From the IMG/VR virus record IMGVR_UViG_3300042402_003952: a stretch of DNA of 64,000 nucleotides; one strand, 5' to 3'. The stretch comes from a virus. Taxonomy: Duplodnaviria > Caudoviricetes. The notes under the pieces were generated by a model. It saw nothing but the letters and a program-made list of their open reading frames with translations. It searched no databases and was not told the DNA's origin. The first letter of the stretch is position 1. Each line of letters opens with the position of its first letter. Shown here in pieces: positions 14,081 to 26,000 of the stretch. The position numbers were made by a program, and so were the translations under genes.

Positions 14081-17000
14081 ATGGCAGATACAAGAATTAA
14101 AATTGGTTCAATCGTACAAAATCAACTTCCCGATTTTGTACTAGAAGAATATCCTCTTGTTAGTGAATTCCTTAAGGAGTATTACAACTCTGTAGAAGGT
14201 CAAGGATCAACACTTGATATTCTTCAAAATATTGATCAATATTTAAAAGTTGATGAACTTTATAAATCAACATTTGCCAGAACAATTACTGTAAAACCAC
14301 AATCTCCACAAACTTTCTTTCAAATTAGTGGTGGTTATTCGGTAAATGATCTTATTGTCTTAAAAAATGGCACTAAATTACTGAAAGATACTGACTATTT
14401 TGCTACAGATGGATCTTCAGTAATACTAGTTACTCCTGCTGTTCCCGGTGATGTTTTAGAGTTTGTTGTAGAATCTCCATCTTCAACTATTTTGACAAGT
14501 GATGTTGAATTTGTAGACACTACAATTAACGTCGCATCTACATATGGATTTCCCGATACCAATGGAATTATCCAAATTGATTCGGAAATCATACTTTATT
14601 CATCAAAAACTTCTACTTCCTTCAAAGATTGTACTAGAGGGTTTAGCGGTATAACTTCTTATAGAGCAAGTAATCAACCAGATCAACTCGTATTTTCAAC
14701 ATCTGAAATTGCAGAACATACCTCAAAAACAACTGTTGCAAACTTAAGTTCTTTATTCTTAAAAGAATTTTTAACAAAAATAAAATCACAATTAGTTCCT
14801 GGATTTGAAAATAGAACGCTTGCAGAAGGTCTGGATGAAAGAAATTTTATTAAAAATGCAAAGAGTTTTTATTCATCAAAAGGAACTGATGATTCCTACA
14901 AATTACTTTTCAAGGCATTATTTGGACAGGAAGTAAGTGTAATTAAGCCAAGAGATTATTTACTCAAACCATCTGATGCTCAATATAGAGTTGTTAGAGA
15001 TTTGGTTGTTGAGTCTATTTCTGGAGATCCAATGGATCTTGAGAATAGGACTTTATATCAAGACCAAGTTGGAGGCTATAATAAGGCTTATGGATCTGTT
15101 ACTAAAGTTGAGAAAATTCAAAGATCCGGAAGAACCTTTTATGTCTTAAGTCTTGACTATGATTATAATAAAGATCTTACTGTTAGTGGATCTATTTACG
15201 GAAACTTTTCAATACATCCGTCTACGAAAGTAATTGCAGGAGTATCTACTAGTAGCACTGTTATTGATGCTGATTCTACTATTGGATTTCCCTCAAATGG
15301 ACAATTAGATTTTAATGTAAATGGAATTGATTATACTATTTCATATTTCAACAAAAATACTACTCAATTTTACATTACATCATCACCTTCTATTTCTATT
15401 CCAACAGGAACTGATCTAAAATTAAATCAGTATGCTTATGCTAATGTTGGTGTTTCAACTGTAAAGGTTAGAATAACTGGTGTTCTATCTGAAGTCGATT
15501 ATGACTCAAGAAACACATTAATGAAAAAAGGCGACTCACTGAGTGCGGTTTCTTTAGGATACAATCCAAAAGGTATATTAGCAAATAATTGGATTTTTAA
15601 TCTTGCTACAAAGTATAACGTCAAAACTATTAGTGGACCTAATTCTTCTAATCTAATAACAAATGTTTTTACTTACGAAGTAAGTACTTACGATCCACAT
15701 TCATTTTCACTTGGCGATAATTTAAGATTAATAAATCCAAATGGCGATAAAGATAATTATAAAGTTGTAAGTGTTAATAATGAATATTCGATTGTAGTAG
15801 AAGGAGTAAAGATTAATAATCTTACCCTGAAGTATGTAATTGAGAGGATTTTGAAAAAACCAAAATTCACCAATTACACAGATGTCAATTCATACTCTGC
15901 TAATATTCAAAATGTCTATTTAAACAATGAAGACGAAATATATGTCACATCCAATTCATTGCCAAATTATTTGGACGAAGATGTAAATACAAAGAATACT
16001 AATGTTATTTTCTCTGGAATTTTTAATGGAGAAACTTTAGATTTAAGTTCTGGAAATCCAACCAATTTACATGGATTTATCACTGGTGATGCTATTGTTT
16101 ACAGTAGAAATGCTTTTAATCCAGATGAATACTTGAATATTTCTGAAAAAACTTATTTTGTAAAAAGAGTAGATAATACTACAATAAAAATTGCAAGCAG
16201 TAAAACGGATTTATATAAAAATAAATTTGTAACTGTATCTGGAACTGCAAAAAATAATATTTTTAAAAGATTAAAATTTAATATATCACCACTATCGCAG
16301 CAAGGTTATATAAAAAAAATATCAAAACCTGTTTCTGCAGATGTAGTATCAGAGACTCCAACAGGTCCAGTTGGAATATTTGTGAATGGTGTAGAAGCTT
16401 ATAGTTATAAATCTACAGATAAAGTTTTTTATGGTGGAATTCAATCCATAAACGTCATTGGTGGCGGAGAAAATTATGATGTAATTAACACACCTACTGT
16501 ATTGGTAGAAGATAGTGTTGGTTATGGTGCATCTGCTTTTGCTCACGTTGTTGGAAAATTAGAAAAAATAGATGTAATAGATGGTGGATTTGATTATCTT
16601 GAAGATCCAATTATAACCATAACAGGTGGAAATGGATATGGAGCATATGCTAAACCTAATATGACTTCATTTAGGCATAGTGTATCATTCAATTCAATTC
16701 AAAGTTCTGGATTTGTTAATCTAACTACTAATACAATTGGTTTTTCATCTTATCATAAATTTAGAGATTATGAAAGAGTTACATATCTAACTGAGGGACA
16801 AACTGGAGTTGGCGGATTATCAACAAATGCACAGTATCATGTTTCTGTTCAAGATGCATATAATGTTAGGTTGCATAAAACTTTAGATGATGCTGTTTCT
16901 GGTATAAACACAGTAGATTTAACTTCTTATGGTGTTGGAATTCATCTAATAGAATCCACACTATCAAAGAGAAAAATATCAAATGTTAGTGTATTGAATT

Positions 17001-20000
17001 TAGGTTCTGGATATACTAATAAAAAAATTTCTTGCGCCATCTCCGGAATTCACACTTCATCAAATACTATTAAAATAATTGATCATGGTTATAAAACTGG
17101 AGAAATTGTTGTATATAATTCGACAGGTTCTGCAGTTGGCGGATTATCAAATAATCAATCATATTATATTACCGCAGTAAATAAAGATGAATTCAAATTA
17201 TCTCAAGTTGGAATTGCTACTACAAATAAAGATTTTTATTTTAAAACCAAACAGTTTATAAATCTGACTTCGGTAGGATCTTCATACCATACATTTAACT
17301 ACCCCAACATAGTTGTAAGTGTATCTGGAAAAATTGGTGTATCTACACTAACTGGACAAGATTTTAGTGCTAAACTACAACCAAGTTTTAAAGGAGAAAT
17401 TAGCAACATCTTTATTAAAGATTCTGGTGTTGGATATGGGTCTTCTGAAATCATTAATTACGAAAGACAACCAAAAATTACTTTGGGTATTGGATCAGGA
17501 GCTCAACTTTCACCCGTACTTAATGGAGGAAGAATAACAGAAGTTATAGTTCTCAATAGTGGTAATAATTATACTTCCGCACCAAAAATTGAAGTTTTGG
17601 GAATAGGAACCGGTGCAGTTTTAACTCCTATTGTAAATTCTGGTAAAATTGTTGAAGTAAAGGTTGTTAATGGCGGAGTCGGATTTAATACTACGGGAAC
17701 TTTCTTAAATATAGTTCCTTCTGGAAATGGATTCTCACACGAAGTAAAAATAAAATCTTGGACTATTAACACTGTAGAAAGATATTTAAATGATGAACAA
17801 ATTGTGGATGATGATGGTGTAGTTGAGGTCTCTTCATATACTGTAAGTGGTTCACAATATTGTCATTTATATGCACCAAGAAAGTTAAGAAGAAGTGTAT
17901 TTGGTATTGATTATGTAAATGGGAACAAAGTTTATGTACCAGATTTAAAATTAGTAAACAATAGAGAGGTAGTTTCTACCACACACTCACCTATAATTGG
18001 ATGGGCATACGATGGAAATCCAATTTACGGACCATATGGTTATAGCGAAAAAACAGGAGGATCTGTAAGAGAACTTACATCTGGATATATTTCATTGCCT
18101 TCTAGTGATAGACCAGATCCAATTTCTACTACAGGACAAAGAATATATCCAGAAGGATTTTTTGTTGAAGATTATCAATATAATGCAAGTGGAGATTTAG
18201 ATGAGCATAATGGAAGATTTTGTGTAACACCAGAGTATCCAAACGGAACTTATGCATATTTTACTACAATTAATAATGGATTAACAGAAACTGCCGGTGT
18301 CTTCAGGAATTACAAAAAACCAGTTTTCCCTTACATAGTTGGTAATACTTTTAAATCTACTCCAATTGATGTAAATTATGATAGAAACATAAACCAAAAT
18401 AATTTTAATTATACAGAATCTGGAATTTGGAGGAACACTAAACCATACAATCTAAAAAGCAATAACTCTGGATATGATTTCGTATTTGATCCATTAAAAG
18501 TTAGAAAACCAGTAGTTACTGTAAGATCAACTTCTGTTGGACAACTATCTAATGTTGGAGTTGTTACTGGAGGTTCTGGATATAAAGTAGGAGATACTAT
18601 CAATTTTAATAATACTAATTCTGGCGGGTTCAATGCTTACGGTCAAGTATCGTTTGTAAAAGGAAAAGAAATAAAATCAATTAGTTTTGCTTCTACCTAC
18701 ACTCAAGGAGTTGAATTTTATCCATATAATAATGGAAATAAACTTGTAGGATTTTCTTCATTACCACATAGTTTTATAAGCAATGATATTGTTTCAATAT
18801 CTGGTTTAAGCACTTCTGTTAAGATTTTTAATTCGTTTTTTGTAGTTGGAGTTAATACTCACACTTTAGTTCTATCAAAAGCAGTAGGAAATTCTACATC
18901 TACCGGAATTGTCACTTATTTTGATATAAATGGATCTTTAGACTTCTCATATATTAGAGAAAATGACGTTTATAAAGTTGAAAATGAAAAGGTTAAAGTT
19001 CTTTCTGTAGATGAACTTTCCTCTAGAATTAAGGTTTTAAGAGGATATGATTCAACTGTAGGAGTTTCTCATACAGCATCTACGGTTTTATATGAACAAA
19101 CAAGAAAATTTACCATAGGATTTAGAAATAATAACAGCAATTTTAACTTTAATTTTAATAGAGAACTATATTTTAATCCAACAGAGTCACTCAGTCTTGG
19201 TACGACTTCTGGAGTGGGAATCGGATCAACTTTATATTTTTCAAATCCAGGTGCTGGAATCACTAATATTTTTGTTCCGACTAAAACAATATATCTACAA
19301 TCACATTCATTAAACACTGGAGATGAGTTAATTTACTCTAGTAATGGAGGATCTCCATTCTTTGTTTCTGATGATGGCGCTTCAAGTTTCCAATTACTTG
19401 ATAATCAAGTAATTTATGTTGCAAAAGTATCTGATGATTTAATCGGTATTTCTACAAATAAAGTTGGATTGGGATCAACAGGATCATTTGTAGGAATAAA
19501 CAGCAGTATCTTAACATCAACAGTTTATTTTACAAATGTAGGATCTGGTGTTAATCACAGTTTTAAGACAAATTACTCCAATGTTCTAACTGGAGAAGTT
19601 TTAAGAAACACAGTTACTGTTGCCGCGGCTTCAACTCATGGATTAGAAAGAGGAGATAGTATTTTTATTGATTCTCTTCCAGGAATTACCACCAATGTAG
19701 TAATTAAATATAATGATGAAAACAAAAGACTTCTTGTTAACCCAAGATCTTTCACTGCATCTGCAGTAAATTTATCAGACAATAAGATATACATTGAAAA
19801 TCATGAGTATACTACAGGACAAAAAGTAGTTTATAATGCGACAACTTCAATTGGAGGTTTGGAAAATGATAAAATTTATTATATTGTGAGATATAATAAA
19901 GATTACATTAGATTATCTTCAAGTTATTACAATGCGACTAAAGAAGTTCCAGAAATTATAGACTTTACGAGTACTTCTGAAGGATCTATTTCATTAGTCA

Positions 20001-23000
20001 ATCCTAGTATTCCTATTATTCCCAATCAAACAATAAATTTTGATCTATCAGATAGATCACTTTCCTTTACAAAGAATGCTAATTTATATTCAGCATTTGA
20101 TTTTGTAATCTATTCTAATTCTAATTTTACTAAGGTTTTTGATAAAATTGAAGGATCTTCTAATTTTAGTGTAATAAAAACAGGAAAAATTGGTATTGAT
20201 TCTACTTCTTCTGTCAAATTAACTACTTCTGGCGTAGAGACAGATTTGTACTATCGTTTGGTTCCTGTTGATTTGTTCAACAACTCAACGGTTAAAAAGG
20301 AAATTATAATAGACGATGAGAATGTAGATTCTAATAACACATTAAAACTAACAAGAAGTTCATACTCTGGTTTTCATAATGTAGTTGGAGTTGGACAAAC
20401 GACTTTCACATTCAATATAATTGATTATCCAGAAAAAACATCCTACACAAGTTCTGATGGACTTTTTGAATATTTTACAGACTCTAAAACAGCAATTGGT
20501 GCAATTAGTGAAATTGATTTATTGTCCGGCGGTAAAAATTATCAGTCTTTACCCGGAATAACTTCAGTATTTTCAGAGATTGGAAGAGATGCAATTTTAA
20601 ATCCAAACACTAGTTCAATTGGAAACATTAATCGAATTGACATTGATGATATTGGATTTGATTATCCATCAGATATTACTCTGAGTCCATCTTCCAAACT
20701 ACCTCAAGTATTAAAAGTTAAACCACTTTCCACTTTTGATAACATCGGCGTTTCTTCTGTTGGAATTAACTACACATTATCTCCAAATTTAGTAGTTATT
20801 GATTCAGTTACAAATAAAGTCGTTACTGATGTTGATTTGAAATTTAATATAAAAACAAAAGAAGTTGATATTATAAAAAATACTGATGGAATTAATAATG
20901 CAACACCACGTATTGTGCCTATTAATAACTCAAATGGAGTATCCATTGACAATGTAACATTTAACAATTCCACAAAAGATGTAACTATAGAACTTGGTGT
21001 AAACTATAGTTTTGGTCAGACTTTTCCATTTAATGTTGGCGATAGAGTTCTGGTTGAAAATGTAAGTGTTGGCATAGCAACAACTGCAAAGGGATATAAC
21101 TCAAAGAATTATGATTATGCATTATTTACATTAACTTCAGTAAGTCCGCAATATGGAGGATCTGGAGCTTCTATTACATATAATCTTTCAAATTACTTAT
21201 CTGGATCAGAAATTCCCGGAACATTTAATGCAGAAAATTCTGCAGGCATCGTTGTTCCTGAAAAATACTTTCCAGTTTTTAATCCTGTATTGAAACCAGG
21301 TGCATTTATAGTAGGTGAAAAGGTTACTAGCGAATCTTATTCTGGAACTGTATTAGAGTGGAATTCTGACACAGAACAGATTAAAGTTTCTTCTTCAGAT
21401 TCATTTGATCAAGGTAAATTTATTAGAGGAGAAACTTCAAACGCCAAAGGAACTATTGGAGATGTGCAAGATTTTAATGCTGTCTATTTAATAGGCCCAT
21501 CTGCAGTAGTGAACAAGGGGTGGAATAAAGAAACTGGATTCTTAAATAATGCACTACAAGTAACTTCAGATAATAATTATTATCAGTATTTTTCATATTC
21601 TATTAAATCGAAAGTTGATTATGAAACTTGGAATGAATCTATTGGTAATTTAAACCACACAGTTGGTTTCAAAAAATTTGGTGACTTGGAAATTGAGTCT
21701 ATTGATGCATCTTTTACGGGAATATCTACTGCACAAAACGAAGGAAGTTTTATTGGCATATCAGATTTAATTCAAGAAATAGATCTAAATTGTGTTAATG
21801 ATTTTGATCTTGCTAGAGAAAAAACTATAAAAATTTCTGATAATTATATTTCAAATGAAATTATTCTCAATACAGTCTCTCTCCAAGATGAATTCCAATC
21901 ACTTGGAAATAGAGTTTTAATGATTGATGATTTCAGTGATCAGTTTTCAAATGTTCCTGCAGAAAATAACTATGCAAATGCTGATACCTTTAGACTATCT
22001 GATATAAGATCCAAAAAATATGTAACTTATGTAAGAGACAAAAGATTTACTGGTCTGAGGCAGGTCTATCTAGTTTCATTATTACATGATGGACTAGAAG
22101 GTTATTTGAGTCAATATGCAAGAGTTGAAACTAATAGAGATTTAGGATCTTTTGATTTTTCTATTTTTGGATCTGAAGGAACTTTAAGATTTTATCCATT
22201 GAACTTCTTAGTTAATGATTATGATATTAGTGTGATGTCTTATGGAATTACTGATATTATTTCTGGAATTGGAAGTACATCTCTTGGAAATATTGTTGAA
22301 TTAAAATCATCCACTGCGACTATACCATCAGGAACTTCTTCACAAACAACTATTGTTGGTATCGGATCAACATATAGAGCATCTAAAGTATTAGTAGAAC
22401 TTTCGTCCACAAATGGAGAATATTATGAATTTAACGAGTTGACTCTTATTCACGATGGAAATAATGTAAGTATTCTTGAATATGGACAACTTTCAAACGA
22501 AAGTAGAGTTAGATATGTTGGAGATGGAATAGGTTCTTACACCGCTTATATTTCTGGATCCAATATAAACTTAGATTTTACTCCAAATGTTGGATTAGGA
22601 ACAACATATATTGCCAATACAGTTAGAGTTTCTGTAGCAAGCACTATAGGAACTAATACGGGATCATTGACATTTAATACCGGTCAAGTCCAGTCCAGTT
22701 ATGTTTCAATATCATCGTCTCCCACACCAACACAAAATAAAATTTCAACTTATAGTTTAGATCATTCTGGAGCATATTATTTTGTAGTAGTTGAGGACAA
22801 AACAAATAATACATATCAAGCATCAGAGATTACAGTTGTTGATGATGATACTGATGCATATCTTGCTGAGTTTGGTATAGTTGAGTCTTCCTCTGGACTA
22901 GGTACAATGGGAGTTGGTGTTGGTGCTACAGGAACCAGTTTGTATTTTACACCAAATCCAAATATAAATGTTGATGTTAGAGTTTATCAGCACGCTATGC

Positions 23001-26000
23001 GCGTTGTTGATGTAGATAATTCTTTTGAATTCTATAGTTTGGAAAATGCAAGAATTGATTCCAAGTTTACAGGTTATCAAGGGACTTACAATTCGATTAA
23101 AAAATCATTCAACCTATATCATCAACAAAATCCTATTTTCCAAAGAGTATTTAATGCTTCAGATTCTACAATTGTAGATATTACAAAAGATACAATAAGA
23201 ATTCCTAAGCATTATTTTGTTACTGGAGAAGAATTGGCATATAGTGAAGGTGATGGATCTCCAATTGGGATTGCAACCACAACTATCACTGGAATAGGAA
23301 CAACTGATAAACTACCATCAAGTGTTTTTGTTGTTAAAGTAAATGATCTTAATATTAAATTAGCATCTTCTGCTCAAAATGCACTAAAAACAGTTCCAGA
23401 AGTGTTTAGTTTGACTTCTGTTGGTATTGGCACTACTCATAAATTAACTTCATTAAAGCAGAATGCAAAGTCTTTAATTTCTATTGATAATTTGATTCAA
23501 ACGCCAATTGTATCAACATCAACTACTACATTTCTATCGAGGTCATCTTCATTAAATGAGAATACTATTACTCTTTCTGGAATAACTTCGATATTTGGAG
23601 GAGATTTGCTTAAGGTTGATAATGAAATTATAAAGGTCAATACAGTTGGATTTGGAAGTACTAATGTTCTTCTAGTTGATAGAGGTTGGATGGGAACTGA
23701 TCCAGCAAACCATTTAAATGGATCTCTAATAACAAAAATTACTGGAAACTATAATATCATTGATAACACTATACATTTCGTAGAAGCACCTTATGGAAAC
23801 TCTCCAATAGGAACAATCACAAATAAACCAGATTCTAGAGACTATACTGGAATTACGACAAGATCCACATTTAGTGGAAGAGTTTTTTTAAGATCTGGTC
23901 TTGAAAATGGAACTCTTGATTCATATGACAAAAATTATATTTTTGATGGATTATCTGAACAATTTACTGGAATTCAAACACAATTTAAATTAACTTCAAA
24001 TAAATCTGATGTAAGTGGAATTTCTACAGGATCTATAATTCTTCTTATTAATAATATATTCCAAGAACCACAAAGACTTGGAACTATTAGCATTCAAGGT
24101 GATTATAAGATGTCCGATGGCGCCGGAATAACAACATTAGCATTCACCGGAAGTATTTCATCTACATCATATGATGTTAATACTGCAAGTATACCTAGAG
24201 GTGGAGTGATTGTTTCCGTTGCTTCTTCTCAAGGATTTGGATATCAACCGCTAGTATCTGCAGGAGGAACATCAATAGTTTCAGTTGGAGGAACAATTTC
24301 TTCAATTAGTGTTGGAAATATTGGATCTGGATATAGGGGTCAATCAAAGTATGAAATAATTACTCAAACCTCCACTTCAATTAGTGCTGGATCTACCATT
24401 ATTCCTATCAATAATTCAAATGGTGTTATTCAAAAATTGAGTTTATCTTCATCTAATACTATTAATATAGGATCTACATTCATAGACGTTCCCATAGTTG
24501 GTGTAGGAATATCACATGTATTGATAGGTAGTGGAAATACATCATCACAGGGAATCACTGCAGATTCCACAGTATTGATAAGTCTGAATTCACCAACTAT
24601 TGGGTTTGTGGATGTTGGAGTAAAAACTGCAAGCATTGGAAATGTTAATTATGAATTTATTGGATTTGCAACCATTTCTTCTGGACATGTTTCCAATAAT
24701 GTTACTATCACTAATCCAGGTTCAGGATATACTTCATCCAATCCTCCTGTAGTAGTATTTGATTCTCCATTAAGTTATTCAAATATTCCTCTAATATATG
24801 CTCCTGGATACTCGGGTATAGGAACTGCAGCAACTGTAAACATTGTTGTTGGTCAGGCATCTAGTATTACTGATTTTGAAATTAAAAATCTTGGATATGC
24901 TTATAAGGTCTCGGAGGTATTAACTGTACCTACTGGAGGATTGACTGGAATACCAACTGATCCTTCTAAACCATTTAGAAATTTTGAATTATCAATTGAT
25001 CAAGTATTTTCCGATGCGTTTTCTGCCTGGTCAGTAGGAGACCTTCAAGTAATTGATAAAATAGAAAACTTATTTAATGGAACAAGAAGAACATTCCCAA
25101 TAAAGATAAATGGAACACAAACTTCAATTAGAGCAAGAGTTGGATCAAATATTGATGTTCAAGCGACTTTATTGGTCTTTATCAATGATGTACTACAAGT
25201 TCCAGGATCTGGATATATCTTCAAAGGTGGTAGTATTATAACATTTACAGAAGCTCCAAAAGAAGGAGATAGTTGTAAGATTATATTCTATAAAGGAACC
25301 GAGTCTGTAGATGTTCTTTTTGCTGATATTTTAGAAACTATAAAAATTGGAGATGATGTAAGACTGAATAGTGATAACGTTCTACTTAAAGAAGATGACA
25401 GACTTGTTACCGAAATAGTTGCTTCTGATACCATTCAAACAAATTCATATCCGGGACCAGGATTAACTCTTGATGAAGATCTATCTAGACCACTTATTTG
25501 GTGTAGACAAACTGAGGATAAGATTATTAATGGAAAGGAAATTGGAAAGGATAGAGAGTTATATGAGCCACTCATCCAACCACTATCAAATATTATTAGT
25601 AACGTTGGTATTGGTTCAACTGAGATATTTGTACAAAGCGTAAAGATATTCTTTGATGATTCTAGAGAAAACGCAACAATACCATTCAAGACGAAGATTT
25701 TAGTAACTTCTCAGGACACTATTGTAGGTGCTTCAGCAACTGCAATAGTATCTGCCGCAGGAACAGTTTCCTCTATTTCTTTATCTAATAGTGGATCTGG
25801 ATTTACAACTACACCTTCAGTTACTATCTCAAATCCAATTGGATTTGGAACTTCTGTAGGAATAGGAAGTACTGCTTTAGCGATTTCTTCTATCACTTCT
25901 GGTATTGTTACTTCATTTACAATTACAAATCCTGGATTCGGATATACTTCATCCAAACCACCTCAAGTTTTAATTGAGTATCCAGCACTTAATTATGAGA